Origin: Nitrospirota bacterium
GTDB lineage: Bacteria; Nitrospirota; UBA9217
Direction: 5' to 3'
DNA length: 64,000 nt
Assembly (NCBI GenBank): GCA_035623825.1
Contig: DASPSR010000042.1
Coordinates: 11,669-75,668, forward strand
The translations under genes and the position numbers were made by a program. Position 1 is the stretch's first letter. Every line of letters begins with the position of its first letter. The notes below the pieces were generated by a model. The model ran no database searches and was not told the DNA's origin. It worked only from the letters and a program-made list of their open reading frames with translations. Below are positions 25,945 to 35,228 of this stretch, piece by piece.

Positions 25945-26823
25945 CTATTTGAAACTTGGGATTCCAATTTTCGTCCTCACAGGCTTCTCGTACACCATAT
26001 CGTTCTTAAGCGTGCGCAGCGCAAAGGCGTTCGAGATATTAATCAGGGATTCCGAGTGCCCCAAGAGGAGATACCCGCCCTCACGGAGCTTTTCGTAAAA
26101 ACTCTCGATCACCTTTTTCTTCGCCTCCTTGTCGAAATAGATGATGACGTTCCGACAGAAGATGACATCCATGTTACTAATCAGGCTGGTTTTATGCGGG
26201 TCAAGAAGGTTCAGGTAGCTGAACGAAACGAGCTCGCGCACCCGGTCGGCGATGCGGTAATTCCCTTTTTCCTCTTCAATGAAGTATTTCGCCAGCATCT
26301 CCGGGCTTGTCACCCGGTGCGCGCTTTTTTTATAGACTCCCTTGCGTGCGGTATGTAGAACCCTCTGGTTGATGTCGCTTCCCAGGATCTCCACACGCCA
26401 GTCGCGCCACCAGTCCCCGGACTCGAACAGGAGGATAGCGATGGTATAAGGCTCCTCCCCGGTGGAGCATCCGGCGCTCCATATCCGAAGAACCTTGCGA
26501 TCAGCAAGTGTCTCACGTAAGTCGGGCAAGATTTCCTCGGAAAAGGCGCGGAGCTGCGGGCCCTCGCGGAAAAAATAGGTCTCATTCGTGGTGAGGTTGT
26601 CCACGAGAATGGCGAGTTCCTCTTCCCTCTTCCGGTCATAGCGGAGAAAATGGTAATACTCTTCGAAGCTCTTGAGCTGACGCTGCTCGAGCCGGCGCGT
26701 GAGCCTGCGCTCCAGCAGGAACTTGGAGCCGTCGTCAAAGTAAATGCCGCAGTATCCGTGGATGAACTCCCGGAGAAGCCTGAAGATGTCGTCAGGCAGC
26801 GGAATTGTCATTTCTTCTAGCAT
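25945..26823 (-). CDS. cheR: chemotaxis protein methyltransferase
   Basis: Motifs are TTNETYFFRE, RIWSAGCSTGEEPYTIA and DVIFCRNVIIYFD. Confidence 0.92.
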   Translation of the reverse strand: MLEEMTIPLPDDIFRLLREFIHGYCGIYFDDGSKFLLERRLTRRLEQRQLKSFEEYYHFLRYDRKREEELAILVDNLTTNETYFFREGPQLRAFSEEILPDLRETLADRKVLRIWSAGCSTGEEPYTIAILLFESGDWWRDWRVEILGSDINQRVLHTARKGVYKKSAHRVTSPEMLAKYFIEEEKGNYRIADRVRELVSFSYLNLLDPHKTSLISNMDVIFCRNVIIYFDKEAKKKVIESFYEKLREGGYLLLGHSESLINISNAFALRTLKNDMVYEKPVRTKIGIPSFK

Positions 26824-28818
26824 TTATCTCCTCAACGCATCCTTCGCGGCCTGTCGAACGGCCGTATCCGGATCTCCGTCGGCAATTCGCTCCAGCACAG
26901 GTTCGGCCGATGTGTCCTTTTTCTGCTTAACGATCTCTATCGCTGCCTTTCTCACGCTCCAGTGAGGATCGGACAATCGAGAAAAGATGATTTGCCGGAC
27001 AGAGGCCCAATGATAACCGGAAAGAGCCACGAGCACCGTTTTGCGCACCTCAGGATCGGCGTGGCTAGCGAGCCTGAGGAGCGGATCCAGCGCGAGCTCC
27101 GTTCTAAGCTTTCCCACGACATCCACGAGGGCAAGAAGAAAAATGTCCGTCGCTGTATCCAGATGCACCGCAAGAACCTCTCCGGCCTTCTCGCCGCCGA
27201 ACCTTCCCAGACCGCGTGCGGCAGCTGCCCGCACCCAGAGGTCGTCGTCCTCAAGGAGCGGGATGAGGATATCGGGAACTTCGGGGGCACTTGTATTGCC
27301 GAGCGCATCAGCGGCCATCATCCTGACCTCAGGGTCGTCATCGGTAACGGCGTGTATCAATGAACGTAGGGCCTTATCTCCCGAAATGTTGCCGAGAGCA
27401 CGGACAACGGCCTTTCTTACATCTGGCTCCTCGTCCTTGAGCGCAAAGGCAAGAGCATCGGCTGCCTTGTCGGTCGTGAATCTGCCGAGCAGGAGCGCGA
27501 TGTTCCTGCGCATGGGTGCGTCCCGAGACGTAAAGTCCTTTACAAGGTCATCGAGGGCGGACTCGTCGCCGATCTCCGCCAGTGCTCGTATTGCCGATTC
27601 CTGAACGCTCGGATATTCGTCTGTGAGCACATCAAGGAGTGGTTTGACGGCTTTCCGGCTCCTCAAGCGCCCGAGCGCCTCCGCTGCCGCGCTACGCACA
27701 TGACCGTTCTCGTCCATCAGTAGACCGATAAGGGGATCTTCAATATCCCGGCCCCCGGCGTCGCCGAGCACCCTCGCCACCGTCCTTCTCACGAGCGCAT
27801 TATCGTCGGAGAGATAACCCAGCAGAAAAGGCACACGGTCTCCGTCTATGTTCCTAAGCGCTTGTGCTATCGGTTCTTCCATGTCCTCATCTTTCAGAAG
27901 TGCAAGCAGTTTTTTGATGGAGGTCTCCCTCCCGGCCCACCCGAGCACCGCGACGGCCGACTTCTGGAGCTCTCCTGTGCTCGTGATGAGCATCTCTTCC
28001 AGAAGGTCTACTGCCCGGTCGTTCATGTTGGCACGAATAGTCCTTATCATGCGTTCCCGATCATCATGCGTGCTCTTTCGGTATATCGCAGTCAGTGCTA
28101 CCATAGCGACCTCGCGCACGATTCTAAGCGTATCGGCAAGGCCCGCGATGAGCGGCATAAGCGTATTGACATTACCAATCTTGCCGATTGATTCGATTAC
28201 CGGCTCTCTCAGGCTGCCCCGGCAGAGAGCTGCTATGAGCGGTCCGAGGGCTCGGTCGTCACCGATTTCTCCCAGAGCCTCGGCAGCGGCATAGTTAAGC
28301 CAGCTCTGGTGGTCTCGAGTCAGACAGGCAAGCAGCGGTTCGACTGCGCGGCGGTCCTTTATCTTGCCAAGCGCTTCGGCTGATGCCACACAGATATTAT
28401 CATCGGGGTCCTTTGCCAGTACCCCGATCAGGGCGGGTACGGCCCTTGAATCCCTGATATCTCCGAGGATGTCGACAATAAATTTGCGAACATCTGCATC
28501 CGGCGTTTCAAGGGATATAAGCAGGGCATCGACAGCTGGGGTGCCGATCTTGACCAGAGCTTCAATCGCCGAGTTCCGCGAACCGGCGTTGTCATCGGCG
28601 GAGAGGGACCGGATGAGCCCCTCGATGACATCATTGCTGCCGATTGCCACTAGTGCCTCGACTGCCGTCTTCCGGACTCGCCAGTCAGTATCACCCATGG
28701 CACTGAAGAGCAGGGGCACGGCATTCCGGCCTACGCGGCTAAGATCGACAGCCGCCTCCCGTCGCTCCTCCGCATCGCTATCCTGCAGTTTCTTCCTTAA
28801 AAATTCAAGATTCGGCAT
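26824..28818 (-). CDS. HEAT-repeat (PBS-lyase HEAT-like) protein, 664 aa
   Basis: The protein has about 20 tandem units of the form D.D..VR..AA.ALG.IGD..AV..L...L. It abuts the cheR start (no gap) and overlaps the cheW stop by 14 nt. Confidence 0.8.
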   Translation of the reverse strand: MPNLEFLRKKLQDSDAEERREAAVDLSRVGRNAVPLLFSAMGDTDWRVRKTAVEALVAIGSNDVIEGLIRSLSADDNAGSRNSAIEALVKIGTPAVDALLISLETPDADVRKFIVDILGDIRDSRAVPALIGVLAKDPDDNICVASAEALGKIKDRRAVEPLLACLTRDHQSWLNYAAAEALGEIGDDRALGPLIAALCRGSLREPVIESIGKIGNVNTLMPLIAGLADTLRIVREVAMVALTAIYRKSTHDDRERMIRTIRANMNDRAVDLLEEMLITSTGELQKSAVAVLGWAGRETSIKKLLALLKDEDMEEPIAQALRNIDGDRVPFLLGYLSDDNALVRRTVARVLGDAGGRDIEDPLIGLLMDENGHVRSAAAEALGRLRSRKAVKPLLDVLTDEYPSVQESAIRALAEIGDESALDDLVKDFTSRDAPMRRNIALLLGRFTTDKAADALAFALKDEEPDVRKAVVRALGNISGDKALRSLIHAVTDDDPEVRMMAADALGNTSAPEVPDILIPLLEDDDLWVRAAAARGLGRFGGEKAGEVLAVHLDTATDIFLLALVDVVGKLRTELALDPLLRLASHADPEVRKTVLVALSGYHWASVRQIIFSRLSDPHWSVRKAAIEIVKQKKDTSAEPVLERIADGDPDTAVRQAAKDALRR

Positions 28819-29332
28819 TGCCCGCCTCCGCCAGCGCTGAGCGCTCCTGCTGGCTTAAGATCTTGGTTATGTCAAGAAGAATTATAAGCCCGTCGGCCAC
28901 TTTCCCCATGCCGGTGATGAAATCGCCGCTCGCTCCCGTGGCCACTTCCGGCGCAGGTTCGATATCTTTTTTTGGAACATGGAGCACTTCGTTCACACCA
29001 TCCACGACCAGACCGATCAGACCTCTCCCGGTGCCATTAGCACCTTGGAGGGCGCCCCGCATGATCATCATGCGCATCTTCCGTGGATTGTCGTGAATCG
29101 TTGCCAGTGCAAAGCGCTTGCGCAAGTCAATGATAGGGATGATGGCTCCGCGCAAATTGATCACACCTTCTATAAACTTCGGCATCCGCGGAAGTGGTGT
29201 GATTCTGTGCGGGCGAACGATCTCGGTGATCGAATTGATCTCCAGCCCGTACACCTCCGGCCCTATGTGGAATGTAACGAGTTGAAGGGTTTCATCCGCA
29301 ACAACCGCCTGTTTTGCTTTCTTGTCGTTCAT
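28805..29332 (-). CDS. cheW: CheW coupling protein
   Basis: The sequence LVTFHIGPEVYGLEINSITEIVRP...EGVINLRGAIIPIIDLRKRF is the CheW pattern. Confidence 0.9.
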   Translation of the reverse strand: MNDKKAKQAVVADETLQLVTFHIGPEVYGLEINSITEIVRPHRITPLPRMPKFIEGVINLRGAIIPIIDLRKRFALATIHDNPRKMRMMIMRGALQGANGTGRGLIGLVVDGVNEVLHVPKKDIEPAPEVATGASGDFITGMGKVADGLIILLDITKILSQQERSALAEAGNAES

Positions 29333-29416
29333 ATTAAAAGTCTCTCACAATCAACGATAGATGCAAAAAACAATAACGGCTAACAGCAGTCAATATATAT
29401 CCTTCATCTCCCCGTC

Positions 29417-31504
29417 TTACATCCTGAATTTCTGGATCTCATTCTTGAGCGAACCAGCCTGGTCGGCCATAATTTCCACGGCACTGTTGAGCCCAGCAGC
29501 CTGACTTGCATTTTCCTTGGCTATTTGCTTGATGCGCTCGATTGCCTTTACGATCATATTGCTGCCGGTCTGCACCTCACCTGTCGCTCTGTTCACCAGA
29601 GTGATCTTTGCGCTCATGTTCTCGACCGCCGCCGTGATGTCTTTCCCGGCCTTTGCCTGCCCTTCTGTTGATGTTCTGACAAATCGCGTGATCTCGCTCA
29701 TTTTCTCGGATGCCCGCGCAATCTGCTCACTGGCCGATTTCTGCTCATTAGCGGCCTTGGCGATCTGGAGGGTCATCCCGCTGATCCGTTCGACGGCTTC
29801 GCTTACCTGCCTGATGCTCCGCACTTGTTCTGCAGCCGCGCGGTTGATGCTCCTGCTCATGTCACGAGACTGGTCCGCCCGTTCCAGGATCTTTCGAAGT
29901 GTCTGACCCGCATCCTTGGAAAGCCGCATTCCCTCTTCCACGATAGCGACCCCTTCCTGCATGACTCCGGCGGCTACTTTGGATTCTTCCTGCACAGAAG
30001 CAATGAGATTGCCGATTTCCTGTGTTGATGCGGCCGTACGGTTCGATAGGTCGCGTATTTCCGCAGCCACCACCGAAAAACCCTTGCCGTGCTCTCCCGC
30101 CTGTGCCGCGAGGATCGCGGCATTCAGGGCAAGAAGGCCTGTCTGATCCGTAATATCCTCAATGACAGTAAGAATGCTCCCGATACTCTCGACGCGACCG
30201 ACGAGACGGTTCACCACATCGGCGGTCCGCCGCGCTGCTGCATCGATTCTGCCCATGCCCTCGATGGTCTTGTCGATAGAGTGCATGCCAAGTTGCTGGG
30301 CATCAGAGGCAACCGCCTCCGAAAGAGCAAGAGACTGTCTTGCGGTCTCCTCGACCTCTTTTACCGATGTGCTAATCTCGGACGATGACGCCGCTGTATC
30401 CGCTGCAGCAGCTGAAAGCAACTCGACGTTTCCAGCGATCTGCCGGATCGCGACGGACATCTGGGCTATAGCCGAAGTTGTTTCCTCGATAGATGCCGAA
30501 AGTTCGTGCATAGTCCGTGCCACCTCGTCCACAGAGGCGACCGTTTCGATCACGGATGAGGAGGTCTGCGTCGACGTTGCAAACAGGTCTTGAGCGGTTC
30601 CTGCGATTTCCTTGAGGGCAAAATGCATCTCGTTTACAGATGATGCCGCCTCGTCGACGGACTCGGCCTGCGTGCGGCTCCCGGTTGCTATCCGGGCGGA
30701 AGCTCCCTTGACTTCGGTTGAGACCGACTCCACATTCATCGCTGCCTGCTGTACATTTCCGATCATGCCCTTGAGTCCGGTGATCATGCGATTTAGTCCC
30801 CTCCCGAGCATCCCGAATTCGTCATGGGATGCGATGCGTACGCTCTGCGTGAGGTCTCCGGCGGCGATGTTCGATGCCACGGACACCGCTTCCTTCGTCG
30901 GCACAACGATCATCTTCCGCGCCATCATATAGACCATCGCAGCCAACGCGAGCACGATCGCAACGCTCGTTCCGAGCAGCAGGAATACTATTCCTCGGAC
31001 GTTCTGCTTCGCCCCAGTCCTCGAGAACCCCATCCAGACCGTGCCTAGCTTGGTTTCTCCGGTCTTGATGTCGACCGGGATTTCAAGGACATCGAACTGC
31101 GCCTTCACCTTGGCTGCAAGTGCGGGCGCGCTGTCCGATGTGTTCTGCAAGAGGAATTCATGCAGTTCGGGATTCTCCCGGTTGAAACTGGTTACGACAT
31201 TGTTCAAGACCGCGTCCGACGAATCCGTAACATAGGTGTAAAGCATATCCTGAGTTTTGACCGCATCGGCAACAAGGCTTTCAAGCTTTTTCATGTCTTT
31301 CTGGAGAATTGGGTCCGTTACTGCCTTGCCGAGGAACATTCCCAGATCCTTCCCGTGCGTCTCGATATGCCGGTACTGATCGGCTGACATGGTCCGGGCT
31401 ACAAAGGCCGTGCCCAGAACCATAAGCGCAAGAATAACACCGGTGATTACGACGGCGAGCTTTAAGCCCATGCTTGCCTCGATCTTTTCCTTCAGATCCA
31501 GCAT
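29417..31504 (-). CDS. methyl-accepting chemotaxis protein (2 TM, periplasmic sensor, HAMP, long signalling domain)
   Basis: Contains the HAMP sequence (AAGDLTQ) and the highly conserved MCP tip DQTGLLALNAAILAAQAGEHGKGFSVVAAEIRDLSNRTA. Confidence 0.92.
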   Translation of the reverse strand: MLDLKEKIEASMGLKLAVVITGVILALMVLGTAFVARTMSADQYRHIETHGKDLGMFLGKAVTDPILQKDMKKLESLVADAVKTQDMLYTYVTDSSDAVLNNVVTSFNRENPELHEFLLQNTSDSAPALAAKVKAQFDVLEIPVDIKTGETKLGTVWMGFSRTGAKQNVRGIVFLLLGTSVAIVLALAAMVYMMARKMIVVPTKEAVSVASNIAAGDLTQSVRIASHDEFGMLGRGLNRMITGLKGMIGNVQQAAMNVESVSTEVKGASARIATGSRTQAESVDEAASSVNEMHFALKEIAGTAQDLFATSTQTSSSVIETVASVDEVARTMHELSASIEETTSAIAQMSVAIRQIAGNVELLSAAAADTAASSSEISTSVKEVEETARQSLALSEAVASDAQQLGMHSIDKTIEGMGRIDAAARRTADVVNRLVGRVESIGSILTVIEDITDQTGLLALNAAILAAQAGEHGKGFSVVAAEIRDLSNRTAASTQEIGNLIASVQEESKVAAGVMQEGVAIVEEGMRLSKDAGQTLRKILERADQSRDMSRSINRAAAEQVRSIRQVSEAVERISGMTLQIAKAANEQKSASEQIARASEKMSEITRFVRTSTEGQAKAGKDITAAVENMSAKITLVNRATGEVQTGSNMIVKAIERIKQIAKENASQAAGLNSAVEIMADQAGSLKNEIQKFRM

Positions 31505-32097
31505 CAGATCCTCCCGAGTGCACGCACCGCATGAAGCGGGCCCGTCACGTTCCTCATCTCATGATTTCCGCGCGCATACCTCATGCGCTCTGGACGGCTG
31601 ACAATCCGAGATACTGACAGTCTGAGAAAGAGTATAAGAATGATAAAAATGGCGGGATACTCGAACAGGGCGCCCGCTGCATAGGCCGCAGGCTTGCTGT
31701 CGAGATCGGCGGGGTATACGGAGATGCGGTTTTCTCCCGGCCTTCTCTGGTCCAGAGAGATCGGAAGCGGCCCAATCGTGATGCGTTTGTCGGCGAGAAC
31801 TGGCTTTCCGATATGACCGAGCGATTTCCTGCTGATGTCGGTTACTGTCAGCTCCTGAGCATCGGGCCGAGACAGAAAATTTTGATCCATGATGTCTTTC
31901 CCGCTGAGGTTCGTCATCAGCAGATACGGCGCGGCACGCTCAGGTATGAGCTTAAAGAACTGTTCCCCATTGATCCGGGTATTTGCCAGAATATTCCGTG
32001 TCTCCGCGAAATACCGGCCAGTCCCGATCAGGCTCATGGTCACAAAAAGCCCCGAAACGGTCAGAAAAATGATGCTTTGTCGAACACCAATCTGCAT
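31504..32097 (-). CDS. hypothetical 2-TM protein with a roughly 125-aa periplasmic segment
   Basis: TM1 is IIFLTVSGLFVTMSLIG and TM2 is YPAIFIILILFLRL. I recognised no family. Its stop overlaps the ATG of the downstream MCP (TGATG at 31502-31506). Confidence 0.5.
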   Translation of the reverse strand: MQIGVRQSIIFLTVSGLFVTMSLIGTGRYFAETRNILANTRINGEQFFKLIPERAAPYLLMTNLSGKDIMDQNFLSRPDAQELTVTDISRKSLGHIGKPVLADKRITIGPLPISLDQRRPGENRISVYPADLDSKPAAYAAGALFEYPAIFIILILFLRLSVSRIVSRPERMRYARGNHEMRNVTGPLHAVRALGRI

Positions 32098-32201
32098 ACG
32101 CTATCTCTGTTGATCCTCGCAACGAAGTACAGGAGTCAGACATATCACGATGAGTCATGCTTTCTCGGGGCTGCTGTTGTTATCGATCTCTAAAGTCCCT
32201 C

Positions 32202-34295
32202 TTAAAACTTGAAACCTTGCAACTCCGCCTGGAGCGCATCTGCCCGCGACTTCAGCGTCTGCGCTGCCATATCCATCTCGACCGACACATCGACGTTTTC
32301 CCGGGTGATATTCTGGATGCGGTTGACCGCGTTGCTAATCTGCTGCGCCCCGACGCTCTGTTCTGATGTGGAGCGAGCGACCTGGGTGGCCTGCGTCTTC
32401 ACTGAATCGATGGTATTGGCAATATGCCTGCTTCCAGTGGTCTGTTCTTGGATTGCTATCTTCATCTGCCGGGTGATGTCACGCATCTTTTCCGAGGCGT
32501 TAGCTATCCGCTCGCTACCTCTCCGCTGCTCTTGCATTGCGCCTGCGATCTGCTCGATCTGGCTTGCGATACTGACAGCGGCCTCCGTGATCTGGGAAAT
32601 ACCCCTGGTCTGTTCCGCTGTCGTCCTCTCAATGGCACGGGCCATGTCCGCTGACTGCTTCGAGCTGTCCGAAACCTGCTGCAGCACGTCGCTGGTCACG
32701 TGCACGAGAGCGGAGCCGGTCTCAACGGCCTTGAGACCTCTATCCATGGCCTGCATGCTTTGTTCCGTTTCTTCCCGCACAGCGACGATCAGGCTCGTGA
32801 TCTCCTGGGTCGAGGCCGCGGTGCGCTCGGCCAGGTCCTTGATCTCTTCGGCCACCACCGCGAATCCTTTCCCGTGTTCTCCAGCCTGAGCAGCGAGAAT
32901 AGCGGCATTCAACGCGAGGAGGCTCGTCTGATCCGTTACTTCGTCAATGACCTTCAATATCTGGCCGATCTCTTGGGAGCGTTTGCCGAGGCGGTTTACC
33001 ACGTCCGCTGTCGCCTCGACAGTTTCCTTGATGTTGTTCATCCCCCGTATCGCCTCTTTTGCCGCGTTCATCCCGCGGTCCGAGGCCTCTGTCGAGACCC
33101 GTTCCGCCAGCTGGGCAGCTTCCAAAGCGCGTTGTTCGACTTCTTTCACCGTGGAACTCATCTCAGTGATGGACGACGACGTCTGTTCCGCTGATGCTGA
33201 GAGCGTCTCCGTATTTTCAGACACCTGTTTAATGGAAGCAAGCATCTGCTCGATGGACGACGCCGTGTCCTCGGCCGCCGCGGAGAGTACGCCAGCGTTT
33301 TTTGCCACCTCTTCGACCGATGAGGCCATTTCCGACGCTGACGATGAGACATCCGTTGCTGCTTGGGACATTTCACTTGCATTTTCCGCGACTCCCTTGA
33401 TCGAGGCGTTCATCTGATTCACGATCGTCGCGGTCTGTTCGGTGGCCTCCTGCTGGACCTTGGCGCCTTCACCCATCTTCACCGTGGCGCTAGTCATGAG
33501 TTTCATGGCGTCGCCCAGGCTCCCGCTCGTCTGCTTGATCTTACCAAGCATCTCCCGCAGGTTCGATGACATCGTGTTGATTGCCGACCCGAGGGACATA
33601 ATCTCGGACCCTCCCGCGGCAGTGATCTCCCGAGAGAGGTCTCCTGCGGCCATCATGGCCGCAGTCTTCGACATATCTGTTATCGGCTGAGTGATTTGCC
33701 TATCAACAAACAGGTTGACTAGAGCCAAGGCCACCAGAAAACTGATGACACCTACCACCAGGGACCACATGAGCAGGCTGTGGACCTGTCTGTTGACCGC
33801 CGACTCTTTCAACGCAATGCGGAAAACCCCGATCTTCTTTCCATCGACACTCATAAGAGGAATGACTTGCTCATAGTGTCCCCCGTGGGCATCTGAATAC
33901 GAATGGACCATGGGCGCTGTTGCCGCGATCGCGTTCCTAGTGGGCTCATCGTTTAACACCGTGCTCTCCATTGTCTTGTCGCTCGAATAGAGCACCTTGC
34001 CATCCGTGTCCAAAACCATGGCCCGCGAGAGGTCCTTGTCTTCATCCGCCAGTCCGCGAAGTTTGTCCCCCATGCCGTCAAGCGCGTTCAGGGGAAGTCC
34101 GAACCCCACGGCCTTGGTAATGTCCTTCTTGATGCCATCGGCAAGAGAAGCGGTCCTGGCGATGAGCGCTTCCTTGTACCTGCTTGTTGCACTATAAATG
34201 TTGATCAGCGTATTGAACGCCAACACCAGCAGGAGGATGCTGGACGTCACAAGCACGGCTCTGTTCTTCAGATTCATTGAGGTTAGTATTTTCAT
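32202..34295 (-). CDS. methyl-accepting chemotaxis protein (2 TM, periplasmic sensor, HAMP)
   Basis: The MCP tip is DQTSLLALNAAILAAQAGEHGKGFAVVAEEIKDLAERTA, with the HAMP sequence AAGDLSRE. Confidence 0.92.
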   Translation of the reverse strand: MKILTSMNLKNRAVLVTSSILLLVLAFNTLINIYSATSRYKEALIARTASLADGIKKDITKAVGFGLPLNALDGMGDKLRGLADEDKDLSRAMVLDTDGKVLYSSDKTMESTVLNDEPTRNAIAATAPMVHSYSDAHGGHYEQVIPLMSVDGKKIGVFRIALKESAVNRQVHSLLMWSLVVGVISFLVALALVNLFVDRQITQPITDMSKTAAMMAAGDLSREITAAGGSEIMSLGSAINTMSSNLREMLGKIKQTSGSLGDAMKLMTSATVKMGEGAKVQQEATEQTATIVNQMNASIKGVAENASEMSQAATDVSSSASEMASSVEEVAKNAGVLSAAAEDTASSIEQMLASIKQVSENTETLSASAEQTSSSITEMSSTVKEVEQRALEAAQLAERVSTEASDRGMNAAKEAIRGMNNIKETVEATADVVNRLGKRSQEIGQILKVIDEVTDQTSLLALNAAILAAQAGEHGKGFAVVAEEIKDLAERTAASTQEITSLIVAVREETEQSMQAMDRGLKAVETGSALVHVTSDVLQQVSDSSKQSADMARAIERTTAEQTRGISQITEAAVSIASQIEQIAGAMQEQRRGSERIANASEKMRDITRQMKIAIQEQTTGSRHIANTIDSVKTQATQVARSTSEQSVGAQQISNAVNRIQNITRENVDVSVEMDMAAQTLKSRADALQAELQGFKF

Positions 34296-35221
34296 TTGAT
34301 CACCTTCGTCGCGTCTGTAAGTAGATCGATGGGCACCTTGATTCCCATATCATTCGCTTCCTTGAGGTTCAGCACGAGCTCAACCAGCCGAGGGACCTGC
34401 GGGGGAATGCTCGCTGGGTTTTCGCCTTTGAGAAGACGCGCGACGATATGCGCCGCTGCTTCACCTTGTTCCACAGGGCTCGCCGCGAGCGTCAGGATAA
34501 CCCCCTTCTCAGCTGAACCGCCGGTCTGGCTGATCGTGGGTATCTTGGTTCCATGCGCCGTTTTCACGATGGTATCGATCGCCTCGTTTGCGGCCGCGCT
34601 GACAGATATGAACACTGCATCCGCCTTGCCTGCAAACACAAGCTTTCGGGCATCGTCGACCTTTTTAATCGGCATTCTCACCGTCTGGAATCCGTACTGG
34701 CTCTCAAGCTGAGCCAGCTCATCTGCCTGCTTCATGGAATCGGGTTCCGATTCATTGTAAATAATAGCGACCTTCGTGAAGGGCGTGATTTTTTTCAGGT
34801 ATTTTAACAAGCTTGTCATCGGCACCTTTGAGCTTATGCCCGTCATATTCCTTGCCGAAACACCAACTGATCCCGGATCATAGACGCCTGCATACACGAG
34901 CGGAATATCCTTTGTCTCCTTGATCGATGCGAGTGCCGCCGGCGCGCCGTAGGTCACGAGCACATTGACATCGGCCACCACCAGCTTCCGGGCTGAGTTC
35001 GTCCAGGACATCGGATCGGGCGAGGGCATCTGCAGCACCGTGTCGACCTTTCGGAAGTCGAACCCCTCCTTGGCCAGGGTGCCTACGAAGGTCTTATGCA
35101 CTTCCTGATAGTACCCGACGTTCCCGGACATGATCACGCCTACGGTCTTGTCCGCCGCCTCGACCGTCGCTGCGCAGCACACCAGCGTAATCGTTAATAA
35201 CCAGTTTAGTCGTCTCATCAT
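34292..35221 (-). CDS. periplasmic substrate-binding protein, ABC_sub_bind (PF04392-like) architecture
   Basis: It has a signal peptide (LLTITLVCCAATVEA). The body is collinear with my memory of the family: KTVGVI...YGAPAALA...DIPLVYAGVYDP...NMTGIS...KVAIIYNESEPDS...IPTIS...LNLKEANDMGIKVP. Its stop overlaps the MCP ATG (ATGA). Confidence 0.7.
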   Translation of the reverse strand: MMRRLNWLLTITLVCCAATVEAADKTVGVIMSGNVGYYQEVHKTFVGTLAKEGFDFRKVDTVLQMPSPDPMSWTNSARKLVVADVNVLVTYGAPAALASIKETKDIPLVYAGVYDPGSVGVSARNMTGISSKVPMTSLLKYLKKITPFTKVAIIYNESEPDSMKQADELAQLESQYGFQTVRMPIKKVDDARKLVFAGKADAVFISVSAAANEAIDTIVKTAHGTKIPTISQTGGSAEKGVILTLAASPVEQGEAAAHIVARLLKGENPASIPPQVPRLVELVLNLKEANDMGIKVPIDLLTDATKVIK

Positions 35222-35228
35222 CCCTCCC

